DNA from: Polyangiaceae bacterium
GTDB lineage: Bacteria > Myxococcota_A > Polyangia > Polyangiales > Polyangiaceae
Length of the DNA: 64,000 nucleotides
Assembly (NCBI GenBank): GCA_035063585.1
Contig: JAPSGB010000013.1
Span: forward strand, 1-64,000
Reading direction: 5' to 3'
Position numbers and translations under genes: made by a program. Shown in pieces: positions 39,508 through 48,024 of this stretch (positions are counted from its first letter, which is position 1; every line of letters starts with the position of its first letter). Below the pieces are notes generated by a model, which saw nothing but the letters and a program-made list of their open reading frames with translations, had not been told where the DNA came from and ran no database searches.

Positions 39508-39918
39508 CTACTCCAGAGCCTCGATCAGATACTGCGCGAGCAGCTCCTCGTCGGTCGTCGCGGTGCTCGGGGGCCCCGAGTCGTCGCTCAGTGACATTCG
39601 CCGGTGCTCGGCGAAGCTGCCGACCGGAGTGCCCAGGAAGCCGCTCACGACCTCGTAGGCGTTGTCACCGATGATCATCGAGTCGCCGAGCAGCTCGGCG
39701 CCGAGCTCCAGCAGATACGCGGTGGTCTTCACCTTGCCGAGGAGCTCGTTCGGGTCGGGCGTGCCGCTCACCTCGGTGAGCACGCGCACCGCCTCGAGCA
39801 CACGGTAGCGGCGGCCCTCCGGGCGCATCACCAGCTCGCCGTCGGTGATGTCCGCGCGCCCCTCGGCCAGCCACTGGTCGAGCGCGAGCTGGGGGAAGAA
39901 GATGCGGCTCTTGCCCAT
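39508..39918 (-). CDS. Hypothetical protein
   Basis: Protein-like composition with GC-rich third positions. Ends 8 nt before the ccsA-like gene. Confidence 0.75.
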   Translation of the reverse strand: MGKSRIFFPQLALDQWLAEGRADITDGELVMRPEGRRYRVLEAVRVLTEVSGTPDPNELLGKVKTTAYLLELGAELLGDSMIIGDNAYEVVSGFLGTPVGSFAEHRRMSLSDDSGPPSTATTDEELLAQYLIEALE

Positions 39919-40075
39919 CGGGGCCGGGAGCGTAGCGCGGGCGCCGCGCGAGACCAAAGCGCCGGGAAATTTCCGGCCAAGATGCTGATCTTGGGGCGGC
40001 GCGGGACCGCGCGAGGCGCCTCCGCGCGGCTGTCGCGGAGCGTCGGCCTCCGCCGCCGTGATAAGACGGCGGCTC

Positions 40076-40738
40076 GTGATCCCGGTGCTCTCCGCCGTCT
40101 ACGACGCGCTCCTCGAGCGGGCGGTCGCGCCGTCGCACGCCGCGCGCGCGCGCTCGCTCCGCGAGGCGTTCTTCGCGCGCACCGGGCGGTTCCCGCCCGA
40201 CCACCCGGAGAGCGGCGCGCGCGACGCAGCCGCGTGGGAGGACGCTCTCGTGCGCGGCGGGCTCGCGACGCTGCTCGCGCGCGAGCTCGACGACGACGCG
40301 GAGCGTGAGACCGCCTCGACCTTTCGGCGCGCGCAGCGCGGCGCGTTCGTGTTTCGACGGCACCACGGCGCGCTGATCGCGGAAGACCTCTGGTCGAACG
40401 CCGAATTTCTCATCCTGCCGCGCGACGACGTAGCGCGCGAGGTGGCCCTCGACGCGAACGCGAGCGGCGATCGCCCCCTCTGCCAGGCCCGCCTCTTACC
40501 CGGACCGGACGCCTGCGTGGTGCTGCCCGGCGCGGTGTTCCACCCTGCCGACGCGCGCGCCGCCATCGAGCGGACGCTCGCCGTCGCGCGCGAGCGCCGG
40601 CTGTCGACCGATGCGGTGATGGACGGCCTGCTCAAGATGGAGCACACTTGGCGCTCGCTCACCCGAGTGAAGATCGCGTACGCCTATCGGCCCGAGGCGC
40701 TGCCGGGCTCGGGCGCGCCGCCGAACGGGGCTCGGTGA
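40076..40738 (+). CDS. Hypothetical protein
   Basis: Coherent ORF filling the gap, divergent from the hem operon. Start is 40058 or 40076. Confidence 0.65.
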   Translation: MIPVLSAVYDALLERAVAPSHAARARSLREAFFARTGRFPPDHPESGARDAAAWEDALVRGGLATLLARELDDDAERETASTFRRAQRGAFVFRRHHGALIAEDLWSNAEFLILPRDDVAREVALDANASGDRPLCQARLLPGPDACVVLPGAVFHPADARAAIERTLAVARERRLSTDAVMDGLLKMEHTWRSLTRVKIAYAYRPEALPGSGAPPNGAR

Positions 40739-40802
40739 GGGGGATCCTCTCGACGCGGGGCGCGGATGACGCGCGAAGACTTCGAGCTTATGCTCCCGTC
40801 CG

Positions 40803-41207
40803 ATGAGCCGAACTCGGGACATGGAGAGGCTTCGGGCGGCGCTCGGCGGTCGAAGCGGCGTTCGGCTCGCCGTGCTCTTCGGCTCGCTCGCCCGCGGGAC
40901 GGCGCGCGACGCGTCGGACATCGACGTCGCCGTCGACGGTGACGGGCTCGATCTCGGCGCGCTCGCCCGCGACATTTCGCTCGCCGTCGGACGCGAGGCC
41001 GACGTCGTCGCGCTGCGCGAGGTCGGGCACACGCTCCTCCAAGCGATCGTGCGCGACGGCGTGGTCGTTCACGAAGCGGTACGAGGCGCGGGCGCCTCGT
41101 GGCGCTCGGCGGCGATGGCGCAGCTCGAGACGGACGAGCCCGCGTTCGAGCGGATGCGCGAGGCGTGGTTGCGCCGCGTCGCGCGCCAGGGGATCCTCGA
41201 TGGTTGA
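40803..41207 (+). CDS. MNT minimal nucleotidyltransferase antitoxin (MntA-like)
   Basis: LFGSLARGTARDASDIDVAV matches GSX10DXD. Overlaps the HEPN gene. Confidence 0.88.
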   Translation: MSRTRDMERLRAALGGRSGVRLAVLFGSLARGTARDASDIDVAVDGDGLDLGALARDISLAVGREADVVALREVGHTLLQAIVRDGVVVHEAVRGAGASWRSAAMAQLETDEPAFERMREAWLRRVARQGILDG

Positions 41208-41634
41208 CGCCGCCATCATCGAGGCAAGACTCGTCGAGCTGTCGAAGCGGGTCGCGCGCGCGAGGAAACACTGCCCCCCGAGCGCGGAAGCGCTGACGAC
41301 GAACCACGACGCGCTCGACCTCGTCGCGTTCAATCTCATGCTCGCGGTGCAGACCTGCGCAGACATCTCGAGCCACCTCATCGCCGATGAGGGGTGGGCG
41401 CCGCCGCAGACGATCGCGGGGGGCTTCGTGGTGCTCCGCGATCGAGGAGTGCTGTCGGACGTCACGGCGGCAGCGCTTGGCCGCGCGGTGGGTCTGCGCA
41501 ACGTCGTGGCTCACGGCTACGCGGGCATCGATCCGGCGCGCGTGCACGCCGCCGCCACGACCGGACTCGACGATCTCGACGCCTTCGCCCGCGAGATCGC
41601 AGGTTGGCTCACCGCGCGCCCTAGCTCAACGTGA
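41200..41634 (+). CDS. HEPN (DUF86/HepT-like) RNase toxin
   Basis: GLRNVVAHGY matches RX4HXY. Lies downstream of the MNT gene with an 8-nt overlap. Confidence 0.88.
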   Translation: MVDAAIIEARLVELSKRVARARKHCPPSAEALTTNHDALDLVAFNLMLAVQTCADISSHLIADEGWAPPQTIAGGFVVLRDRGVLSDVTAAALGRAVGLRNVVAHGYAGIDPARVHAAATTGLDDLDAFAREIAGWLTARPSST

Positions 41635-41647
41635 GCCCGCGCTCGGC

Positions 41648-42319
41648 TCAGGCGATCGCGATGAAGCCGGCGAGCGACTGCGCCCGCCAGAAGAGCTCGA
41701 CCGTCTGAAACCCGGCGCGACCGAGCGCGGCGCCGAGCGCGCTCGCGCGGAGCGGGAAGTAGTTGGCGCCCTCGCCGCCAAGGAGCCCGGCGATCGCCTC
41801 CTCGGGGCGGCCGCGCTCGCGCTGGAAGTCCGCCCAGCGGCGGCGCTGGAGGGCTTGCCCCGAGTCCGTCTCGGCGCGCACGATCTCGACCGTGACGAGC
41901 GCGCCCCCGGGGCGAAGGAGCGCGCGGCAGCGCTCGAGCGCCGACGCGTGTGCGGCCTCGCTCGGATAGAAGTGATGGCAGAGCACCGCCGTGATCACGT
42001 CGAGCGGCTCGAGCTCGGGCAGCGCGTGTGACGGCGCGCGGATGAAGCGGTCATCGGGGAGCGCGGGGTGTCGCGCGCGGGCGAAGGCGAGCATCGGCTC
42101 GGCCGGATCGGCGAGGTAATAGGCCGCCTCGGGCGCCCGCTCGCGCGCGAGCTCGACGAGGCGCCCCGGACCGCAGCCGGTGTCGAGCCAGCGCCGGGGC
42201 GCGCCCGCCGCAGCGACGGCTGCGCTGACCGCCTCGCTCAGGACCGTCGCGTGATGAGGCGCGACCAGAGGGGCTTCGTGTTCGTAGCGGAGCGCGGGGT
42301 GCGCGGGAGGGTTCGTCAT
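41648..42319 (-). CDS. Class I SAM-dependent methyltransferase
   Basis: WLDTGCGPG, DVITAVLCHHF and LRPGG motifs. Confidence 0.82.
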   Translation of the reverse strand: MTNPPAHPALRYEHEAPLVAPHHATVLSEAVSAAVAAAGAPRRWLDTGCGPGRLVELARERAPEAAYYLADPAEPMLAFARARHPALPDDRFIRAPSHALPELEPLDVITAVLCHHFYPSEAAHASALERCRALLRPGGALVTVEIVRAETDSGQALQRRRWADFQRERGRPEEAIAGLLGGEGANYFPLRASALGAALGRAGFQTVELFWRAQSLAGFIAIA

Positions 42320-42374
42320 GGCGCTTCCGCCGGAGGATAGCACCGAGACCTCACGGGAGGAGCGAGGCGAGGCG

Positions 42375-42397
42375 CGCGGTTCCGCGCCGGACCGACA
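42375..42397. repeat. Single arm of the REP-like palindrome family, copy 2
   Basis: CGCGGTTCCGCGCCGGACCGACA matches the right arm at 7816-7838 with 1 mismatch. Confidence 0.65.
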
Positions 42398-42410
42398 CCA
42401 ATGATCGAAG

Positions 42411-43220
42411 TCATTCGCTCGGGAGCTCGGTCGGCGCGACCGATGATTTCCCGAGACCTGGCGGCAGCGCGCGCGAGCGCGCGCTCACGTGCAGGCGCGC
42501 GCCCATGAGCGGGCGCATCGCGCGGAGGAGGTTCGCGTGGACGTGCGGGTGCGACTCGGCCTCGCGGGCGAGGAGCTCCTTCATGTGCGCGCGCTCGGTG
42601 GGCGCACGAAAGCAGGCTGGGCACGAGTCCATCACCACCGGGAGCCCGGCCTCGGCCGCGAACGCTCGCGTCTCGGCTTCGCGCACGTAGATGAACGGAC
42701 GAATGATCCGAAGGTCACCCGCCTTGTTCTGGTAGTGCGCGCGCATCGTGTCGAGCCGGCCGCTGTGGAAGGCGGACATGAGGAACGTCTCGGCGAGGTC
42801 GTCGAGGTGATGGCCGAGCGCGAGCACGCCGTAGCCCTCGCGGCGGCAGGTCGTGTACATGATGCCGCGCTTCATTCGCGAGCAATACGCGCAGAAGGAG
42901 TCGCCATCGAGGCGCGTCTTGGCATCTTCGAGGATGGGTTCGCGCGCGTAGTGCCACCGGACACCGAGCTCGTCGTAGTGAGCCTCGAGCCGCGACGGAT
43001 CGAAGCCGTCGACCTCGGGATCGATGGTGAGCGCGGCGAGCTCGAACTTCACCGGCGCGTAAGATTTCAGGTGGAGGAGCACGTGGAGCAGGCTGAGCGA
43101 ATCCTTCCCGCCCGAGACGCCGACCAGCACCCGATCGCCGTCGCGGAGCATGTCGTAGTCGACGATGGCACGCGCGGCGGCGCGCACGAGAACGCGGGGA
43201 GGCTTCGCGAGGCGCGACAT
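42411..43220 (-). CDS. ttcA: tRNA 2-thiocytidine(32) synthetase TtcA-family protein
   Basis: PP-loop SGGKDS, CAYC, GHHLDD..ET, IIRP and CPAC. Confidence 0.88.
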   Translation of the reverse strand: MSRLAKPPRVLVRAAARAIVDYDMLRDGDRVLVGVSGGKDSLSLLHVLLHLKSYAPVKFELAALTIDPEVDGFDPSRLEAHYDELGVRWHYAREPILEDAKTRLDGDSFCAYCSRMKRGIMYTTCRREGYGVLALGHHLDDLAETFLMSAFHSGRLDTMRAHYQNKAGDLRIIRPFIYVREAETRAFAAEAGLPVVMDSCPACFRAPTERAHMKELLAREAESHPHVHANLLRAMRPLMGARLHVSARSRALPPGLGKSSVAPTELPSE

Positions 43221-43443
43221 GGCAAGGCTCTCTAGCGCGCGGGCGGCGGGCGGTCGACGGGCGGAAGGCGAGGGGGCGGATGCGCGGCGCGCCGCCACGG
43301 TGGCGGGGCATGATAGGGAGCTCATATGCGCCGCGTGGTCGTGTCGCTCGCGCTCGGCGTCATCGGTACGGATGACGGCGCACGGCGGCACGCGGCTCTA
43401 CCAGCCTCGACGACCGCGCGACGACCGCGTACCTTCGACCCCG

Positions 43444-44472
43444 ATGAGCGATGAGCCGAGAGACTCGGCGGCTCGTTCCGAGCCGCGCGCCGACGATGCC
43501 AGCGCCTCGCCGCTCGTGCTCCGCGGCGAGGCGCGCCTCGGAGCGCCGCGCGCACTCCGGCTCGCCGCGGTCGACCGCGCAGACGACGTACCGAGCCATG
43601 TCCGCGCGGCGAGCGCGCTGCGGCGCTGGGGCGACCAGCTCGTCATCGTCCAAGACGACGTGAGCGCGCTCGCGCTCGTAGACGAAGACACCGGAGAGGT
43701 CTCGTCGCTCTTGCTCCCACCGAGCACGGCCGGGCAGCGTAGCTTCAGCGACGCGCGCGGCAACAAGGATGAGAAGCTGGATCTCGAGGCCTGCGCGGTG
43801 CTGCCGGACGGACGCCTGCTCGTGTTCGGATCCGGGTCGACGGCAGCGCGCGAGCGAGTAGTGCTGGTTGACTCGAAGCGCCGCGTCCGGGTGGTCGACG
43901 CCGCGCCGCTCTACCGCGCGCTCCGCACGCACCCAGCCCTGGGCGACGCCGAGCTGAACCTCGAGGGCGCCGTCGTCTGCGGCGCCCGGCTCCGGCTATT
44001 TCAACGTGGAAATGGTCTCCGGCTGACCGGTGCTCTGCCGACGAGCGTCATCTTCGACGTGGAGCTCGAGGCGCTCCTACGGCTCCTCGACGCCGCGAGC
44101 GCGACGATGCCGGAGATCGTGGCGGCGCACCCGGTCGAGCTCGGCAGCGCGAACGGCGTCCGCTTCGGCTTCACCGACGCGACCCTGCTGCCGGACGGCC
44201 GCGTGCTCTTCCTGGCCGCCGCCGAGGACTCGCCCGACGCCTACCGCGACGGCCCGGTGAGCGGGGCGCGGGTGGGGCTCCTCGACGGCGAGCGCGTGGT
44301 CGTCGCCGATGTGCTCGAGGAGGACGGCACCCGAACCGCGCGGAAGCTCGAGGGCGTCGAGGTCGCCGGCGCGCAGGGCGGCGAGGCGCTCGAGCTCTGG
44401 GTCGTGAGCGATCCCGACGACGCGGAGATCCCCGCCGCGCTCCTACCGCTCAGCTGGTCGCCCGCGCCGTGA
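43444..44472 (+). CDS. Hypothetical protein (beta-rich, possibly propeller-like)
   Basis: Repeated acidic motifs QDD, KLDLEA, FGSGS, LNLEG, AAEDS and KLEG. Protein-like codon use. Confidence 0.7.
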   Translation: MSDEPRDSAARSEPRADDASASPLVLRGEARLGAPRALRLAAVDRADDVPSHVRAASALRRWGDQLVIVQDDVSALALVDEDTGEVSSLLLPPSTAGQRSFSDARGNKDEKLDLEACAVLPDGRLLVFGSGSTAARERVVLVDSKRRVRVVDAAPLYRALRTHPALGDAELNLEGAVVCGARLRLFQRGNGLRLTGALPTSVIFDVELEALLRLLDAASATMPEIVAAHPVELGSANGVRFGFTDATLLPDGRVLFLAAAEDSPDAYRDGPVSGARVGLLDGERVVVADVLEEDGTRTARKLEGVEVAGAQGGEALELWVVSDPDDAEIPAALLPLSWSPAP

Positions 44473-44551
44473 GCCAGGCCGGCGCGTGGCCCTCGAGGTC
44501 CTGCGGGTCGCCCCGGTCGCCGCCCACTCGCGCGCGCGGGGCAGTCACGCC

Positions 44552-45313
44552 TCAATACCCGAACTCTCGCGCGAGCCAGGCTCCCGCGGCGAGCACCGCG
44601 CCGAACACGAGGATCACTCGCGCGCCTCTGAACGTCTCCCCGAGCGTGAGCGCGAGCTCCGCCCCCGGGAGGTTCGACACGATGAGCTCCTCCGCGCTCC
44701 CCTCGCCCGGTCGCAGGACCACCAAGCGCTCCGGGCCGTCCGGCGGTAACGCTCGACCGCACGCGTAGACCTCGTCGCCCGGCGCGACGATGGCCTCGCT
44801 CAGTCGATAGGATCGCTGTTTTCCATTTGGAAGCGTCACGGTGAGCCCGCGCGCCTCGAGGTAGGCGGCGCCCGTCTCGTCGAGCGTGGTCGTGAAGATT
44901 CCAGCCTTGCGCTCGCAGAGCCCGGTCTTCTCCTTGGCGACGACGTTCGCATCGGCCAGCAGCAACAAGGCGCGCGCTCCGGAGCCATCGTCGAGGAGGA
45001 GTGATTCACCGCGCGCCTCGCTGAGCGCTTCGCGATAGTGCCCAGATTTCCCCGAGGAGACCCACTCGGAGGCCATCACCCGGTAGTAGAGCGCGGGTCG
45101 GCCGGTGAGCGGCGCCGTGAGGGGCTCGTTGAACGACGACGCCCGCCCGCGCACGGCGATGGCCGCGGGCGTCGTCACGCTCGCGAGCCGGCTCACCGGC
45201 ACGGACTCCACCCGCTTCGCGCGCCGCCGGCCGCGGACACCTCGAGCGAGCACGGCGAGGGCGTAGAGCATCGTGATGCACCCGAAGACGAACAGCGGAC
45301 CCGAGAGCAACAT
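44552..45313 (-). CDS. GIDE-domain (E3 ubiquitin ligase-family-like) membrane protein
   Basis: N- and C-terminal TM helices, L.APLTGRPALYY, LDDGSG and YRLSE..V.PGD.VY..G pattern. Confidence 0.6.
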   Translation of the reverse strand: MLLSGPLFVFGCITMLYALAVLARGVRGRRRAKRVESVPVSRLASVTTPAAIAVRGRASSFNEPLTAPLTGRPALYYRVMASEWVSSGKSGHYREALSEARGESLLLDDGSGARALLLLADANVVAKEKTGLCERKAGIFTTTLDETGAAYLEARGLTVTLPNGKQRSYRLSEAIVAPGDEVYACGRALPPDGPERLVVLRPGEGSAEELIVSNLPGAELALTLGETFRGARVILVFGAVLAAGAWLAREFGY

Positions 45314-45414
45314 GCGAGCGCCATTCTAACCTCTGGAGCGCAGCTGCGCCGAGTCGAGCCCCGGGGTGCCGGTGCGGCGCGAGGGCCCGCGGGGTGGTAG
45401 CGTCCGGCGTCGAG

Positions 45415-46746
45415 ATGCTGCGCGAGTACAACTTCGACGGCCTGGTCGGGCCGACGCACAACTACGCAGGGCTCAGCCCAGGGAACCTGGCGAGCGCAAA
45501 CCACGCGGGCGAGCAGGCCAATCCGCGCGCGGCGGCGCTCCAGGGGCTCGCCAAGTTGCGGTTCGTCGCGGCGCTCGGCGTGCCGCAGGCGGTGCTCCCG
45601 CCGCAGCCGCGCCCGGACGTCGGCGCGCTCCGCCGGCTCGGTTTTTCGGGAGATGATGCCGCGGTGCTCACGCGCGCGGCGGAGGGCGATGGGCAGCTCC
45701 TTCGGCTCGCGAGCAGCGCGTCGGCGATGTGGACGGCGAACGCGGCGACCGTCGCGCCCTCGGCCGACACGCTCGACGGGCGCACTCATCTCTTGCCGGC
45801 GAACTTGGTCACCATGTTCCATCGGAGCCTCGAGCCGCCCACCACCACGCGCGTGCTCCGCGCGATCTTCGACGATGCGAGTCGCTTCGAGGTACACGAG
45901 CCGCTCCCGGCGACCGAGCACTTCGCCGACGAGGGCGCGGCAAACCACACGCGGCTCGCGACGGGCGCCGGCGCCGCGCACCTCTTCGCCTGGGGGCGGC
46001 GCGCGTGGGGCGAGGCACCGCGCCCGGCGCGCTTCCCGGCACGACAGACGCTCGAGGCGAGCCGCGCGGCGGCGCGCGCGCTGCGCCTGCCGAGCGAGCT
46101 CGCGCTCACTTGGCAGCAGACGCCCGCGGGCATCGACGGCGGCGCTTTCCACACGGACGTCCTCGCGGTCGGTACGGAGGGCTTTCTCATGCTGCACGAG
46201 CGCGCGTTCGTCGAGCACGAACGGCTGCTCGCGGAGCTCGGCGCGCGGCTCGGCGACGAGTTTCGCTTCGTGGTCGCCAGCGAGGCGGAGCTCTCGGTCG
46301 CCGACGCGGTCGCCGCGTACCCGTTCAACTCGCAGCTGGTCCGGCTCCCGACCGGGCGGCTCGCCATCGTCGCGCCGCGCGAGAGCGAAGCGTGCCCTGC
46401 GGCGCGACGCTTCCTCGAGCGCGTGGTGAGCGAAGCAAACCCGGTCGACGCGGTGCATTACATCGACGTGAACGCCTCGATGAAGAACGGCGGCGGGCCG
46501 GCCTGCCTGCGGCTCCGCGTCGCGCTCGGCGACGACGACGCGCACGCGCTCGGAGCGCGCGTCCTCTTCGACGACGCGCTCGGCGGCGAGCTCGAGGCGT
46601 GGGTCGGCCGGCGCTATCGCGACCGGCTCACGGCGGACGATCTCCGCGATCCGGCCCTCCTCGACGAGACGCGCGGCGCGCTCGACGAGCTCACCCAGAT
46701 CCTTCGGCTCGGCTCCGTCTATGAGTTTCAGCGCGCCGCTCAATAG
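45415..46746 (+). CDS. astB: N-succinylarginine dihydrolase
   Basis: EYNFDGLVGPTHNYAGLSPGNLAS, SASAMWTANAATV, DEGAANH and SMKNGGGPACLRLRV. Confidence 0.95.
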   Translation: MLREYNFDGLVGPTHNYAGLSPGNLASANHAGEQANPRAAALQGLAKLRFVAALGVPQAVLPPQPRPDVGALRRLGFSGDDAAVLTRAAEGDGQLLRLASSASAMWTANAATVAPSADTLDGRTHLLPANLVTMFHRSLEPPTTTRVLRAIFDDASRFEVHEPLPATEHFADEGAANHTRLATGAGAAHLFAWGRRAWGEAPRPARFPARQTLEASRAAARALRLPSELALTWQQTPAGIDGGAFHTDVLAVGTEGFLMLHERAFVEHERLLAELGARLGDEFRFVVASEAELSVADAVAAYPFNSQLVRLPTGRLAIVAPRESEACPAARRFLERVVSEANPVDAVHYIDVNASMKNGGGPACLRLRVALGDDDAHALGARVLFDDALGGELEAWVGRRYRDRLTADDLRDPALLDETRGALDELTQILRLGSVYEFQRAAQ

Positions 46747-48011
46747 ATGAAGCGGCGGATGTCGTAGAGCGCGATGGGGCATTTCACCCCGCGAGCGCGG
46801 AGCTCGGCACGCACCCGAGCAGCCTGCTCGGCGAGCTCGTTCGGGGTGAGCGCATCGAGCCCGTCTTCCGCCATGCGGGCCTCGTAGCGCGAGCCCTCGT
46901 GCACGTGCAGCGGCGACAAGTACACGCGATCCCGCGGGCCGAGCCGCATCCGCTCGATGGCGCGCACGGTCGCCTCCGTGTGCTCGCCGGCGAGCCGGCG
47001 CCCCCCCGCGCCGATAAGCACGATGATCCCGCGCCGGAGCTCGGCCTCCCCGACCGCGTGAATGAGCTCGACGGCGGCGTCGACCTCGACCGGCTTACCG
47101 AGCCCGGTGAGCACCGCCGCGCTCCCGCTCTCGAGGCCGAGCGAGACGCCCTCGAGGCCGAGCGCGACGAGCTCGCGGAGCTCTGCCACCGTCTTCGGCT
47201 TGGTGAAGGAATCGATGAAGGCCCCGATCGGCCACTCTCGGGAGCTCCCGAACTCCGCGCGCACGATGCCGAGCGCCTCGAGGAGCTTCCGCTGCTCGAC
47301 GACCAGCGCGTTGGCTTGCCCGAGGAACACCCCGCGGCGAAGCTGGAGCGTGCTCCCGAAGAGCTCGCGCACCTCGCGCACGTGCCGCGCGAGCTCCTCG
47401 GGCGATCGCAGGCGAAAGCGGACGTCCTTGTACAGGTGACAGAAGGCGCACCTATTGTACGAGCAGCCCTCGGTGAACTGCACGACCACGGCGCGATTCT
47501 GATCGGGCGGCAAGATCGGGATCGGCCGATAGACGCGCTCGAAGCGGGCGCGCTCGCGAGCGTAGCGCTCGAGATCCCAGGCGGCCGCGCGTGCGAGCGG
47601 CTCGGCGATCGCGTCGGGGACGCCAAGCGCGCTCGCCGCGGCCTCGGCGGCGCGACGCACGAGCGCCGTGACGCGAGTGAGCACCGGCCGGATCTCGCCG
47701 GCGGCGAGGAGCTCGATCTCGAGCCACTTGGCGCGCTCGGTGTCGCGCCCGATCCGCACTTTTCGCACGCGGCCATCGAGACCGCGCTGATACGAGTCGC
47801 CGTCGAGCCACGCGCGGTGCAGACGGCCCTCGAGGTCGAGGCTCACGCGATCGCCGCCGGCGAACACCGCGAGCGACTCGGCGCGCCGGCCGAGCGCGAG
47901 CCCCGCGCCCAGCTCGAGCACGGTGTGGTAGGCGCGGCCGATCTCGTCGTCGGAGGCACTCTCGAGCGCCGCCGTCGGGGGCGCGCCGCGCGGCGCGGAG
48001 CGAGTCGTCAC
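46740..48011 (-). CDS. Radical SAM protein
   Basis: GCSYNRCAFC (CxxxCxxC), PIPILPPDQ and LGLESG. GAGGAG RBS before GTG 48011. Confidence 0.88.
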   Translation of the reverse strand: MTTRSAPRGAPPTAALESASDDEIGRAYHTVLELGAGLALGRRAESLAVFAGGDRVSLDLEGRLHRAWLDGDSYQRGLDGRVRKVRIGRDTERAKWLEIELLAAGEIRPVLTRVTALVRRAAEAAASALGVPDAIAEPLARAAAWDLERYARERARFERVYRPIPILPPDQNRAVVVQFTEGCSYNRCAFCHLYKDVRFRLRSPEELARHVREVRELFGSTLQLRRGVFLGQANALVVEQRKLLEALGIVRAEFGSSREWPIGAFIDSFTKPKTVAELRELVALGLEGVSLGLESGSAAVLTGLGKPVEVDAAVELIHAVGEAELRRGIIVLIGAGGRRLAGEHTEATVRAIERMRLGPRDRVYLSPLHVHEGSRYEARMAEDGLDALTPNELAEQAARVRAELRARGVKCPIALYDIRRFIY

Positions 48012-48024
48012 GTCTCCTCGAGCC

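Noticed and set aside
46740..48011. This radical SAM as the maturase of the HxS peptide
   Set aside because: It is 12 kb away, coupled to a kinase gene, and has no SPASM-like Cys cluster or other feature I can tie to HxsB/HxsC. Not excluded, but unsupported.
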